DNA of 64,000 nt from Lama guanicoe (taxonomy: Eukaryota): positions 15,392,941-15,456,940 of the forward strand of contig MU054187.1 of assembly GCA_013239625.1 (NCBI GenBank), written 5' to 3'. The position numbers and the translations under genes are program-made. The notes beneath the pieces were generated by a model that was given only the letters and a program-made list of their open reading frames with translations, made no database searches and was not told the origin of the DNA. This document shows, piece after piece, positions 14,191-28,800 of the stretch (positions are counted from its first letter, which is position 1; every line of letters begins with the position of its first letter).

Positions 14191-15999
14191 AGACGTATAA
14201 CCAATTTTATGCCTCCTTCTACTGTTTAAATAGAATAGCTAAGGAAGTTGTTAGCCCTTTGCAACGTTCTGTGCAGGACATACCATCTGTAATGTCTCAC
14301 ATTTCTGCTTTTTGTGTGTTCTAAAGTATTTGTTCAAAGTACAGAATTCTACGACCTCTTCATCTGCGAGCTCTCAGACAGAACGAACCCACTGTGGAGC
14401 CTTTCCGAGTAGGCCACTGTCTGCTTATTCCATGTGGATGGGTGTTCAGCTACTTTTTATTTAAAATAAGGAAGAACTTGGGAGTTCAAACCCACAAAAA
14501 GAAGTCCGAGAATATCTGTGTGTGTTTCAAGTAATATGGAAATAATGAAAGAGCAGTTCTGTGATTCGTTTTTGTGTCTGACTTCCAAAGAAAATAACTG
14601 CCTATTGTATGATGTCTAGTCTAGGGTATTTATGTGAGTTCCTTTTTAGTTTCACTGGTTTCAGTCTGTCCTTGAAATGTAGATTCAGAAACCAGCCAGG
14701 GTTTATGTTGTGTTGCCCTTAGATACCATTAGCCCTGGAGCTGTGTCTTGGCCAGTAACGGGGCTGCAGGGGAGTTTATTGCACGGCTGTCATACGGGAG
14801 CACCTTTTCTAGAATACGCATTAAAGGGCACATCTAAAGGAGCAGTATCATTTCATTTCAAATACTGTTCATTTATGTCTTGCCTAATAATAAGCAGAGA
14901 TGTTGATCAACTTGTGAAAACAAAATTTATTCAAATAGTTGTTTAAAGTATACTTATTTTGATAAAACAATATTAAAAGCTAACCTAAGAGCTATTTCCT
15001 ATAAAAGCTGCAATGCCCTAGGTTAGTGCCGCCACTTTTGGCCCCTGACACTCTACGTGCCATATTACATAGAAGTTCGAATAGCCAGTTCCCTTACTTA
15101 CATTTGGTGCTTGTCTTAGTCTGCTCTTTGTCCTTGAACCTGCGGCAGCCAAGCCACATCCACATTTATCAACATCATATCCTTACCCTTACTCTCGGGC
15201 TCATTTAATTAATAGGGTTGAAAATGGACTCTGGAAGGCCACATCTTCCCGTGAAGACCTTACAGGCTGGTTGAGAAGGAAGTGTAGACACATTCGAAAC
15301 TTTTCAAATAAGCAAGGACGCAGAATCCTGTTTACATGTATGAATAATGCCAAGGGAGCAGAGAGTAATGGAATATTCCTGACGAAGAGGAAGATGCGGT
15401 TTCTGTTGTTTCCGGAGGGCGGTCAGGACCAGGAATTATGGCCAAGAGTGGAGGGCATATCTCAGAAGAGGAACGGACGAATGTGGGGTGGCAAACTAGA
15501 AGCAGAGTCCATTGATGAAAGCAAAGACCTGGCCCAGAATCAGGGAGGGGAGAAATGAATTACCAACTGCAGAAACCAGCATTTAGTTTCGGGTACATTG
15601 AAAAACTGGAGCGTTTAGGTCATCAAAGGAAGCTGTTGCTGAAGTGGCAGTGGTATTTTGAGGAAAAAACACTGGCTTTGGACCTAGGTTCCCATGCTGC
15701 TTACTGGGATGTGAAGTCCGACAGTCAGCAACCGTTCTGAGACTTGCTTTTCTCACTGGTAAAGTCAGTGTAGGAATATACACTGCACAGGCTGCAGTGA
15801 GATAAGATATTTGATGCTGTTGACTCTTGTTTTCAACCAGCTTTTCCTTTGCATGGGTTTTCACCCCATCACTTGGTTCTTTATTTTTCGGGTTATTTCT
15901 TCAACATGTTCTTGCTTCCTGCTCATCTTTTGAAAGCTTTATTCCCCAAGGTTTTGCTTTTGACCTTCCCCCTTCCTGCAGAACCTGGTCTACTCCTTT

Positions 16000-17072
16000 A
16001 ACCTTCTATCCTGTGTGTCTATTGATGGCTTCACAGTCGACAGTATCCAGCAATCCTCTTTGGGCTTTGGTTTTGTATTTCTGCTGCCCACTGGGGCATC
16101 TCCATGTAATGTTGCTCCCCAGTTACTTCAGGTTTCAGATGTCTAGAAAGAGAATGAACTACCTTCATTCCACCCTTGCCCTTGGTCCTGCTTCCCTCTT
16201 GGATCCTTTCTCAGTGGATGTCGTGGACGTCTGCCTCATCCCCTCTAAATGAAAAGCAAACAAACAAATAACAGAACATTGGGCATGTCCTGACCACCTG
16301 CCTTGTTCTCATTCCCTCTACCCACGTCCACATAACACACACACACAAACAGAAATCCGCAGTTACTTGCCTCATTCTTTAGATCGTCTCAGAAATGTCT
16401 TTTGAATCCGTCTCTTCTGTTTCATCCTAACCCGTGCTTGTTGTCTCACCCGAGAGCTGTACCGCAGCTTCCCGGACAGCAGACTCTCCTAGTCCAGTTC
16501 TGCTGTATTTCTGTTGTAGTCCACCTCCCTCACTGTTTTACTGTATCTCTTCTCACTCAAAGAGATCTGTGGTGGTTACTCAGCTGCCCAGAGCTTCAGT
16601 TAACTTTCTTTTGCTCACAAGTTAAAGCCCCCTTGATTAACCGACAAGAGGAGGCACGTCTAGTCCACCATACCCCGTACCCTCAGCTCCCTTGCGTCTA
16701 TTTGAATCTGTGTTCACATTAAACTATACAGTCTTCTTAAGATAACCGTGTTTTCTCATGCCTCGGTGCCTCTTTGCTAATTTAGTTCCTCTGTGCCTCC
16801 TGTCTCCTCCTGAAAACTCAAGACTAAGCTCAGACTTTTTCTGTAGAGTTTTCTTTGATGCACTCATCCCCCGTCCCACTCCTTCTGTGCTCCTGAAAGT
16901 ATTTTATTCAAGCCTATCGATAGTATTAAAGTTTTGTTACAGATAAACACTTAACATGTTTATTTGCCTTTCCAAGACTGAATTCCTAGAAGGGTGAGGA
17001 TGTACCTTACTTATTTGTAACCCTGTGCCTGATGCACAGAAGCAGAACTCAGTAAATGTTTGTTGAGTGAAT
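16000..17072 (+). mobile_element. L2 LINE fragments
   Basis: Pyrimidine-rich degraded sequence ending in ...actcagtaaatgtttgttgagtgaat, a typical L2 3' end. Confidence 0.6.
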
Positions 17073-18879
17073 ATTGTTGCATGTTCAATAGCTGTGTTGA
17101 ACAAAGGGATGGATGTAAGAATGGGCAGGATTATATATGAGACAAATATGAAGGACAAATTAGAAAGAGGAATTGAAATAATAGAAGTTCTGGGAGGTAG
17201 GGTTTCACCAACACCAGAGATACTGACATGGAAATTAGAAATGCTGAAGATGAAGGAATGAATTCTTCAAATAATAAGATTTTGTTTCTATTTTTAAATA
17301 TTCATGGCATACTAAAAATTGTCCTGTAATGTAGAGCTGCTGAAATAATAGTAAAGATACTCAAATGCTCTAGAAAGTAAATAATAAAATAAATTAGTAT
17401 TTATCTCCTGTAACAAATTTTTAATAGAGCCTCTAAAACATTAGAGATTGGCTGAAATCCAAAGTAGTTCACTGGGATTCAAAGTGTACCTAAGTCTAGA
17501 ATGTGCTTCGGCAACATTAGGATACGTTACCTAAAAATGATATATGTGTCATTATATAATGCCAATAATGTAAGCCATTTTCCACTGTTACAGCTGTTTC
17601 CATGTCTTCTAGATGACTGTTGACAGATGCTCTTCTGGGAGGGTTGATGGATGTACCTGCTTGCTCACTTCAGATATGGTGAGACTAGGGGCAGAAGCTT
17701 TGCACAGCTTTTTTTTTTCCAAATGTAGAACCGAGTCCATTTGGATACCTGTTCATCTGCTGGGCGACCAGAGGCTCTTGGACAAACAACCAGTGGTACT
17801 TGTGTTCTGTGGTGCATGTTGATGCAAACAATGGCTTAGTTCCAGTCTGTCACTTACATTCTTTATATGGTCATGCTTAACATTGGAAATTGAGTTCTTT
17901 TTCTTCTGGGCTTCAACACCGCAGATAATTCCAGAAACTAGACAAGGGATGACCTAGCTTGTTGAACAGGGTGATGCTGCTCTGGGTCCTGCCCTCTTTC
18001 TGACTATCTGTAGCTGAATCCAAACCTGAAAAAGTGATTTTAGTTTGTGAGTTGCTCTCACAACTCTCACAAAGCAACTCTCATGAATCCACATTTCTGA
18101 CATTTTTTTCCCACCAATGGCATATATCCAGAATAAATGCAGATAATGAAATGATGGCCTCATAACTCACTTAGCCAAAGCTCAATGTTTATACACTTCT
18201 TATCTTGCTAACAGTGGCAGGAATTCCACTGCAATTAAGATTTTATTGCAGCTCTTGGTTCCTAAAATGATGGTTCTCTCAATACTGGCGCTTGCTGGGT
18301 AATTTTCAAAAATTAAATATTCACGTCTTTTAATGATATACAGTATAATCTACATGCACTTAAAGGTATATGAGGTAACGTGCTTGGTTTAAAGACTGTT
18401 ACTAGTGTTTAAAGTTGTTAACGTTTCTTTATTCTATATTTGAAATGGCTTGTTTATTTTTCCTAAATTATTTTTATCTTACTTCACTATTATTGTTTAG
18501 ATACAATAAAGCTATGTTTTATTTTAGTTTCTTGGTCTACAAAATTTCAAAGTTTACAGAGCCTTAATTCGAATACATAGTTTTTGTTGTTTTGTTTTTT
18601 GTTTTGAAGGCATCGATTCTTCAATTTAATGTATTTTTCTTTTTGGAAGTTGCACCATAGATGGCAATGCTTATAGGAAGAGAGTGACGTTACAGCTCAG
18701 TTCTGTTGAATTTGGTGGCTACCCTAGAGTTCTAGGAGATTAAAGATGCCTCATTACATATAAGCAGCAAATCTAGGATCTCAGAAATGCAGGAGACAAG
18801 AAGCAGTTTCATTAGGAGAGTGGACACTCGGAGCCAGAAATATGTCACAAAATTTTGAAATTGTTATTGTTGTTTATTC

Positions 18880-20480
18880 CTTCATTCACCTGGGATTAGG
18901 AGTTTACCAAATGCCAGGCACCATGCAGGGCCCAGCAGTAAACACACAAATATTCTTCCTTTCCTGAAACAGCTGTAAAGACCCTGAATCTCCCAACTCA
19001 GTGGGGGGTCCTATGTGGCTGACACAGAGTGAGTGTGGAAGTAACGAAGAAAATGAGATCAGAGGTTTAACTGAGGAGAACAGACACATGCCATTGTAAA
19101 GACTCACTCTGAGTGATAAGTCGGAGTGATAAAAAGCCATTTGAGCCATCTGAATTGAGGAATAGCCTGATCTTACTTACAGATAGAATCATTTTGGCTT
19201 TGTTGAGAATAGACTTTAAGTGGTGAGAGGTGGGGCAACGGTGTGAGCCAGGGATTCAAGGCTATTGCAGTAGTTAATCCAACAGTTGATGGTGGCTAGG
19301 GATGGGAGGGTAGCCTTGAAGGTGGTGAGAAGTAGCACAGTGTGATACACAGTAAAACTCCTTTGTAAGCATGACGTCAATCTTGAATAATTCAGGGAAG
19401 CCTTGTTGCAAAACTAAACGCCCCGCCCGGCAGCCAGTAGGCTGGAAGTTCCTACATCTGGTGCAAGGTCTAAATCCATCCAACCCCTGGCTGCAGTGTT
19501 TTGAAATCTGATGGTAGTTTCCATTCTGGTTTAAATATCAATGGGGGATTTTTGACTTGTACTGACTTCTAGAATGGTTACAGAGATTCCAGAGATCAGC
19601 AAGTTACTGATACAGCAGGTTACTGATACAATGCCAAGAGGCTGGAGGAGGTAGAAGCAGTCTCTGCCTCCTCACTTTCCAGGATAAAGATGCTTGCAGT
19701 TACCCCACGTGGTCTGCCCCCGCCACCCCTCCAGTCTAGTCTCTTCCTCCAAAAACAACAGAAGATGAGACCTTTAGCATGAGAATCAGGACAGGACAGT
19801 GGCCAAGTTCTTGTTCATTCATCACCAGTTGCAGCATCATGGGGTATATCATGGGAATTTTAATTTCTTGGAGGTAACACCGACAGATTTTGCATGTGGG
19901 GTATGGTTATGCAGATTTTGCCTGAGAAGCCGAAAGTATTGGAATTACCATTTTGTAAGTTAGAGAAGAATGTAGATAGACCAGCTTTTGATAGAGAAAG
20001 CTAGAACTCAATTTTGGACAGATTAAACTTTAGATTTTGCTTAAATATCCAAGTGAACTTGTTAAATATGCAATTAGACATGTGTGGTCTAATCTGGAAC
20101 ATAAAATTAGGATTTGTTGGAATTTAGATGCAACTTGAAGAGAGATGAGATTATCAAGGGAATGAGTATTGATGGGAAGAGATGTTCAAGAAGTGAGGCC
20201 TCACATACTTTTCAGTATGGAGGTAGGGAGGGTGAGGAGGAACAGCAAAGGGAATTGAGAATTAGGAAGAAAGCCAGGGAAGCCTGATGTCCTGGAAACC
20301 AAATGAAGAAAGGCAGGAAGGATTATCAGCTCTGTTAAATGTTGCTTGTAAAGATCAAGTGAAATGAGGACCTTTGAGTTCTGCAGTGCGGAGGCCACAC
20401 TGGAGGTCTGATAGATGTGTGGGGGGTGGCACAGTGGTCCAAGAGTGGTTCAAGGAAGAATGGTTGGGATAAGTGAGCTG
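18880..20480 (-). mobile_element. L2 LINE fragments, interrupted by an LTR-like insert
   Basis: cattcacc...aatgccaggcacc start; ggctattgcagtagt, ggtggtgagaagt, ggattatcagctctgttaaatgttgct L2-like motifs. Confidence 0.6.
19343..19851. mobile_element. Putative solo LTR (family not identified)
   Basis: About 510-bp segment interrupting L2, with inverted ends TGATACAC...GTATATCA; no clean TSD seen. Confidence 0.45.
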
Positions 20481-21179
20481 CTCGTTCACCCACTCATCTG
20501 TCATATGTGAACCATCTCCTGTGGGGCAGGTGGTATCCACAGCCTTAACTCTTTTCTAACCAAAAGTTTCCAACTTAGTTTTAGAAGAGGTAATCCAGTT
20601 AGGAAACATATCCCAAGTGTATAATCATGGTCAGTAGGAAAATGCAGTTTTCTTTGCATAATTGGTTTTGCAGTTACCTTTAACTGAATGCCTTCATTAA
20701 AAGCAAAATGTTCACTTATAATCATCTGTAATCATTTATAATTATAATCAAGAGTGACATTTAGTTCAAGAACATTCTTTGCTATTATTCAACCGTATTC
20801 TCTCACATACTTCTTTCAGGAATTTATACAACCAAATAATTGCACATGATTTAATATTTAAATTCTCACATTTTTGCTGATTTTTACTAATTGAGTTAAA
20901 GTTTATAAAGCTAGCATAAATATATGTCTTCCATATTATGATGTATAATATATTTATATTTTACACAAAATATTTAGTTCATTGGAAGAAAATGTAAATT
21001 CAAGTGGTGATGTGTTGCCTGGTGAAGGTATTACAGTAGGTATGTCTAAGTAACCCTTTCGTTAGTTTCCTAAGTATTTGTTGCCTTCATAATTTTAAGA
21101 AGGTACAGGAAGTTCTTTATAAGGGATTAAAACTTTGTGATTCTTATTGATTAATTTGTGATTAAAAAAGCATTAATTT

Positions 21180-22500
21180 GACGAATATTGATTAAGCATT
21201 TTTTGTGCCAGGCACTGATTTTGATGCTGGAGAATACATTAGTATATAAAAAGTTCAACAAGTTAATGAAAATACGCACAGTGAGATGGTAGAGAATGAC
21301 AGAGATGGAGCTAATCATATTGAGTAGTTGGGGAAGGCGTCTCTGAGTTGGTGGCTTTTGAGCTGAGCCCTGAATTATGAGAAGGAGCCAGCTAAACAAA
21401 GATGCAGACATCTAGGCAGAAGGATACCCGGCAAAAGATCTTTAAGTCAGGAGTGAGGTAGGCATTTTCAGGGATCACAGAGAAGGCTACGGTGGCTGAA
21501 CTGTATTTAGTAATGAGGAAAGTATTGGAAAATGAAGTAGATCCATAAGTAGGGGCCAGTATTCCTTTTGTGCCATATTGGCGAGGAAAAATTTGGATTT
21601 CATTTGGAATGCAATGGAAAGCCATTGGAAAAGTCCTTGCAAGGGATTGACCTGGTCTTATTTCCAGTCTCATAAAATTATTCTGTGTAGTGGTGAGTAA
21701 TCTGAAGGAGGCTCTGACAACAGAGAGACAGTCAGGAAGCCATTGCTATATTCTGAGTGAGAGATGATAGTGACTGGGACCAGGGTGATGGTGCCAAAGA
21801 TGGAGAGAGGTAAGTACTTTCAGGCTATGTTTAGGGGGCATTGCTGATGGTTTTGTCGATAGCCTTAATGTGAAAGGTGAAGGGTAAGGAGGAATGTTCT
21901 TAGGTTTTTTCCTCAAGCACGTTGGTGGATAGTTGAAGCATTTGTGGAGACAGGAGGAAAATCAAAAAGGAGAAGGTGGGGGTGAAATCAGGGGGTTCTT
22001 TCTGGCCAAGCTTATTTCGGATGCCATGTCTGCCTCCGTTGAGTTTATGGTCAGTGGAGAGGTGGGACTTGAGATAAAAATGTGGAAACCATGCAGGTGC
22101 TATTAGGAACCATTTTATCTTAACTGACTGAACAAAACCATCCAAGGAGAAGATTTTTATGGACAAAGGTTGAATACCTGGATTTGAGTCCTGGCCCAGC
22201 AAGATGTGGAGGTTGAACAGAAAGGAGAAACTAGCAAAAGAAGCTGAGAACAAGTAGTCAGTAAGGCTGAAGGAAAAGACAGGATAGGCTGGTGTCCCAG
22301 AAGCCTGGAGAAGAGAGTTCAACAGTTTCCGTATCGCTGAGAAGCCGAGTAAGATGAAGAAAAGCCAGCAAAGGTTTTGTGGACTTGGAGGTTGTTGGTG
22401 GCTTTGAGAAGAGTGATTTCAGTGGTGGGCAGAAGAGAAGGAGGGGCGAGGAAGTTGAGAAGTAATTGTGAGATACTCCTCATGATACTGTTGCTGTGAA
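21180..22500 (-). mobile_element. L2 LINE fragments
   Basis: tattgattaagcattttttgtgccaggcactg; gaatgcaatggaaagccattgga; gtgagagatgatagtgactgggaccagggt. Confidence 0.7.
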
Positions 22501-23652
22501 GGAGATCAGAGAGGTATATGGGAATTTTTAAAATTTTGTTTTTAAAGAGCATATTTGTGAGTTGATGGAAATGCACAAGTTGAGAAAACCCAGCATGGAA
22601 AGGAGAAATATAACTGCAGTCAGTTCATTTATTCTAACAGGAAAGGCTGAGGCTGTAGGTACACAAGCAGGAAGTCTGGTGACCGTAATGATCAAAGAGA
22701 ATTTCCATGTGGATGCCTCTGTTTTTCCCAGTCAAGATCCTCAGCAAGACTGAGATGGCAGAAAGGAAGGGGCCTGAGCTTAGGATATTGTGAAATGGCA
22801 GTTTTAGAGACATTCCATAAAGACCTCTGTGGAGTCAAATGTAGGGGATGTTCTAAGGTACTTTAATTTGGTTTGGTTTCCAGTGCTTTAAGTTACAAAA
22901 TCTAATAGATAGGGAAGTAGCTAACTGTAGTATGTATTACTATAGTATATTGTGGTAAAGTATTTCCAAAAAACAGGAAGATTTAAAGTAATGGTTTCTC
23001 CAGTTTGCCATAGGTCACACCACTCTTTCCAGCCACTTCATGTGGTGTCACCTGTTTGACCCCAGAAGACATTTGACTAGGCAGCTCCTGGAGATGTGAA
23101 AGAGATGATTAAAGGCATGTTAGTCGGGGGGGTGTTGATTTTTAAAGTATTTAAGTATAATGTAATACAGATCAAGCATTGATGCAAATTCAGACCAAAT
23201 AGTGGGTTTGAGGTTCACATTGCAGACTGAAGGTTAAATACAGATAGTTGTATGGGAACTCTAAGAATCGAGTTATGAAAATGACCTAATTTTGTGGACT
23301 TCTATTAGTGGATTATGAAACTCACCAAATATAAGAATCTGGAACTATGATCCAGTGAAGATTTTTTTTTAAACTAGTTAACAGAATCAATAAGGTTCAA
23401 TTAAATCAACTGCTTCCAAGTAGCTTATTGGGAAAAAGGCAACAATTTTTCTTTATTAGAAGCTCATCAGCCTCACAGGCAAAATATGAATATGGATACA
23501 ATCTATTCAGTAGGCCGTATATGCTTTATATTTTAAGTTTTTAATCAAAGAAAATTTTGAAGTCGGGCGTCAGGAAATTAAAGGTAGCATGTGTTTTTCA
23601 TGGAAAAGCAGCAGGTATAACTTTGAGACTCGATATAAGGGATGCTTTAGTC

Positions 23653-23815
23653 CAGTGCCACTCAGACTTTAATGTGCATATGAATCCCCTGGGATTCTCG
23701 CTAACATACAGGTTTTGATTCAGTAGGTCTGGGTGGGCCCCAATTTTCTGCATTCCTAACAAGCGCCCAGGTGATGTGGCAGCCACTGCCTGGGAACCAC
23801 ACTTTGAGTAGTCAG
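23653..23815. mobile_element. MER5A-type hAT-Charlie DNA transposon
   Basis: cagtg..ctcagacttt...gattcagtaggtctgggtgggcccc...ttctgcattcctaacaag...ccacactttgagtag. Confidence 0.85.
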
Positions 23816-25929
23816 CTTTAGACTCTCTGGAGGAAACGAAGTCTAAATTGAGACATTACAAGTTGACTCTAGAATCCAGATTCTTTTTCACCTCAACTCT
23901 TACATTCACCTTTTCCTTTTTATCAGATAGCAACTCTATTAGTTCAGGAAAATAGAAACTCCTTTCACTCCCTTTCATGAAGTGTTTTACCAAAAAGGTA
24001 AAGAAGCTTGAATAGTAAGATTCAAAAGGCTTAATGTTTAAATCTGTCTACTTGGAGGAGGGGTGGAAAGTGGAATCTCAAAATTAGTTAATGACACAGT
24101 TCTGCAGGAGACTGGAAAGTGAAATGCAGTCAGTAACAGGGCAAACTCTAAAGGCCGTGTGAGTGAGAAGGGAGGAAGCAGAACTTCAAAGCCTGCAAGA
24201 AAGGGGTGGGGTGGCGAAGGGTCAGCTAGATCCGATCCAATAATGAGCTATTAGAGAAGACCCAGAAATAAGCTTGGGAGTTACTCTGTATAACTCTCCT
24301 TTGTGTTGTTGTTGTAAATCAAACAATAGAAAGTAACCATCTAAACAGGGGACAATCCAATAAAGCTTCTGGGAGTGAAATATAAAACTATATCTTATAT
24401 TTGCTCAAGACATGGCAAATTTAAATCTGAAATCCTGGATGATTGACTGATATGCTCAAAAGAAACTACAGTGAGATCAGATGTTGTCCAGGGATGGGAA
24501 ATCAAGGTGACAAAAAAAGTTTTGGAGGAGGGGAGGCTCTGGAGTGAAGATGGAGTAAGAACCTCAAAGTCCCGTCTAGAAAGAAAGGGCCACGAGAAGA
24601 GGTTTGTTACCTGAGTTCAGGAAAACGATGAATACATCTAAACAAAGAGCAGTGCTGTTTCACAGGAACATCTATACCATTATTCCTTACACCTTGGGTT
24701 TTTTTTTTTTTTTAATACCATATGGATCTTGCCAAGCCCTTTTGCCTTTGCAGATGTTAGAATGCCTTATGTGCATCTTGTTTTTTCTCTAGTGAATTTC
24801 TCCTCTTCCTTCAAGACTCACTTAAAGACTAATCTGCTTTTGTCTAAATCCTCCCATACAAAGTGCACTCCGCTCCCCCCGCTCCCCTCATGCCCTGGCT
24901 TCCACAGCATTTCATACCTGCGCCTGTCTGTTATTTACATTCTTGTCTCTTTCTCTAGCGTTACCTTCTTTTGTGGGAAGGGACTGTGCTTTAGTAATTT
25001 TTGCATTTCCCCAGCTGAGAGGCTGATACATGCTCTAAGCTCAATTTTTGCTAGTTGGAAGGGGAAAAAAATGGAGTGAATGAATGAAAAAATAAAAAGA
25101 TGACTAGATAGATTTCCAACAGTGATTCTAAGCTGGGCGGAATGAAAAAGGATTTGATTAATTCTGTGTTGATAGGAAAATACTATTAGAAAATCACAAA
25201 GGATTTATTTCATTAAAGTGTTGTATTAATGTTTTACTTAATGTTATGTACAGTAGCTTTTTGGTTAAGGTAAAATCATTCTAATAAGTGTGACAAGTGG
25301 CTAGATTAGCCTTGGATTTTAGTGACTTTTCAGAGTTATATGGGTTATGGACTTCTCTGTCTCATGAAATGAGGATGGCCGGACGCCTCTGTGAGTAGGG
25401 GTAGAGTCTTCCAGGAGACACAATGATCAGAGTGTTATGGCTTTTGATGGAGAGCTGTTCTCAAGATGTAAATCACAGTGTGATAAGAAGTACTGATTAG
25501 TTTAAGCTGTATATAAATCTAAAAATACTTCAATATAAAACAGTAACCAGGAAAGGCTTCTTAGAAGAGGTACATTTTGAAATAGTATTAGACGTTATCG
25601 TCATTGTGTGGTAGGGACTATGGTCGAGGGCAATGGATGATGCGAACCTTGGATGATAAGCTGTTGATATGAAAATATGTGTGTGATTGATTCAAAAGCG
25701 AGGACTTGGCAGTCACGATCTGTGAGAACAGATGAAACGATGGAGATAACATTGTGTGTGACTCGTGGCAGACTTGAGCCTCATAGGCCTATCCATTCTC
25801 CTTCTCTGCATACCTATGAAGAAACATTTTATTTGATATAATTTGGTATTTGTATGACTTTTGTAGGTGAAACAGTTATTACAGAGGATTTCCAAACTTT
25901 TGAGTTCATTAACGCTTTTTAAACTATTC

Positions 25930-25932
<3 letters not shown>

Positions 25933-25970
<38 letters not shown>

Positions 25971-25975
25971 CGTGT
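25933..25975. repeat. (TG)15(CG)5 compound microsatellite
   Basis: Read directly from the sequence. Confidence 0.95.
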
Positions 25976-28800
25976 CCTAAACTAAACCTAAACTACATGG
26001 GTACTTACTTGGAGGCTTCAGTGGAAATATCATCCTGAAAATTTAATGCAAACAAAGGTCCTGAATTAGTTTGTTGTCAATAGATTCAAAGCAAAGCTAG
26101 AAATAACTTACTCTAAACATTGTTTTGTAAGTAATATTGTGCTAAATTTGAATTCTAAGAAATTTGCTTTTTCATTGAAACTTTAGGTGGCAGTGATTAT
26201 CTTATTTTTTAATCATTCAAAAGTTTGGATTTGAATTTCATCCTCGGCCCCATGAATATTAACAGTGTTCCATAAAAAGCTATGTGAATCACAGCAAATT
26301 AAGCAGATTCTTAAAGGAACAGGGGAATAAGAGAACATGTGTTAAGATATAGTAGGTATCAGGTAATGTGATAGGCAGTTTACTAACACAAATTCTGCGA
26401 GATGTTTTTATTCTCAGATATTATTTCTCATCAGGGAAACAAATGCCACAATAGCAAGGGTTTAAAAAAAAATAGCAGGGTTTAACTCTGTGTGCAGAGT
26501 TGTGGACCACAAAGGACGGGAGACCCAGGCGTGAATGGTAGTATCACCTCCTGGTGAGGACTAGAGCCTGGGGGAAGGGCTGTATGAAAGGGCCCAGTCA
26601 CCATCACCTGGGGCGGGTACTCAGAGGGGATGAGTGGGGTTGAGGAGGGGATAATACATCCTTAAACTCACCTCTCCCCCTCTAACTTCCTGTCTGTGTC
26701 TTCCAGTGGCCAAATTCAACTAGAATCCAGGATTCAAGGGAGCCTGAAGAAACTCAGGATGTAGGGTTGAGCCTTTTGGGCCACAGAGTATGGCAGTAAG
26801 TGGCTGAGAATGGCTATGTGTGGAAAACAATGGAGAATATTTAACACAATACTCTTTCTCAAATTTTCAAAGAAAGACTTTGGAAAACCATATTTCTTTA
26901 CATCATCATTTGAGTCATTGTTTGGTCACTGAAGACAAATTTATAGGCATATTCTTAAGGGACACCTGAACATCTGATTGAGCATGCTGTGGTTCCTAAC
27001 CAGCTATGAGTTTCCTAGTAGCCAAGGAAAACAGGAAACCATATGGTTTACATAGCTCTCAATGACTGTTTGAAAGTATAACAATTTAATGTTCTTGAAG
27101 CAGGAATTATTAGTGAAACTTTAAGATAGAATTCTCGATATAGGAATAGTCAACAACTTAATATAGTACTTTCATTAAAAGTATGTAAGTGTATGCAATT
27201 AAATGTGTCTTATATTGGCTTTTGGTTTAAATTGAAGTTATCATTATTTATCATTATCATGTTAAACTGTATGTTTCGGTTTCTGTTTGTCCATAAACCT
27301 TATCTTTTACTAATTTTCTCAAAAAGAAGTTTTCATTTGTTAACCCACCTCTTTTTTCTTTCTGAAAATTGAAAAGACATCCCCAAGTACAATAAATAAA
27401 AGCAATTCATATCTTATTTACTTCAGAACTTGATGCTATTCATTTTGATACTCAACTTTGTAAACTAATACATGTAGGATGATTTGTTATGAGAGCTTAT
27501 GTTTCCTAGCATCGATTTTTTAGGCTTGACTTCTAGATCAATCGTGTATCTATCTAAATTTATGTTACAGAGAAATTAAAACATAAGTGCTCATTTTTGT
27601 ACATTGACCCAATATCCATAGATCAAGACTTAAAGAACTGATAGATAGATGGTACTGTACCTTCTCAATTACTGAAACATTTCCTTAAATACTGATGTCT
27701 CTGTAAACATCCAGATCGTAGTCTGGAGGATTAACTACTTCTTTCCTAAATGACAACAAAAATAATGAAAACATTATAGCCTTAAATTTATCACAAAGTC
27801 AATACAAAGTTATGGCCTTTACAAAAATAATCCAAGTTCAGCTATTCAAGAATTTATCTTTTGTTTAGCCTCGGTACGTCGTGAATACCCTTTTACCTGA
27901 GTTTATACCACACATGTATGTTTGGTTTAGGGGGTTTAGGTCCCTGTATCCCTGATCCAAGTTACTGCCAAGCCCAGCTGTGACGCTAGAGATACCAGTG
28001 AGTACATATTGGCAACGTATTACATGCCAAATTTTTCATTAGGTCACCTGGAAAATGCAGAAAAAGTATGAGACACAGTTTTTGATTTAAACTTCTAGTT
28101 TGAGAATTAAGCAGTAGAAACAGCTCTAGGAGACCATGTGGTAATTGGCAAATTACGTGTTTGAGAGAGTGCAGAGAAGGGTGAGATAAACGGAGTGTGT
28201 ATTGTGGTTGGGATGACTTCCAAGAAGCGAGAGAAGTGAACAGAATTTCAGTGAAAGGATAAAGTTTCACTAACTAAGGAGAGGGGTGGGGAGAAAGAAC
28301 AGTCCTGAGGAGGGGGAATTTCTGATGGATTCAATGGCCAAGAAATGTAAACGGCCAAGTACTAGGACCTTGCTTCTTCTGTTGTGGGTATTCAGTGTAT
28401 ATTTCTGGTACTGGGTATTAGAAGTGTCATAGCTTTGATTTCCTGACCTACCAAGTCAGACTCCGCATTTTAACAAGATCTCGTAGTGATTTCCAAGCAC
28501 TTTAAGTTCTAGAGAGTCAGCAGTAGAGGGCCCGTGTTGAAGAGGGCTGGGTTATAAGTGAGGTAGGTAAGTTATGACCAGACTTGGGAGGGCATTGGCA
28601 GGGAAACAAGATATGAATCAGAGTACATTTTGTGGAAATGTAAGGATTTTGTTGAATTAATGTCTCTGCTGCCTCACGAGGATAATCTACACTACATCAT
28701 GCATTCAGTCTGTATAGTATTGAAACAATGGGTTTAATTAAAATGATCCTGTGAGTTTATCCACACATTAAATTTCCATTCCAAAAATTGTTTTAATTTT

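Noticed and set aside
18650..18670. CTCF-like motif (caccatagatggca)
   Set aside because: The 5' half does not fit the CCASYAGRKGGC core; unsupported without ChIP data.
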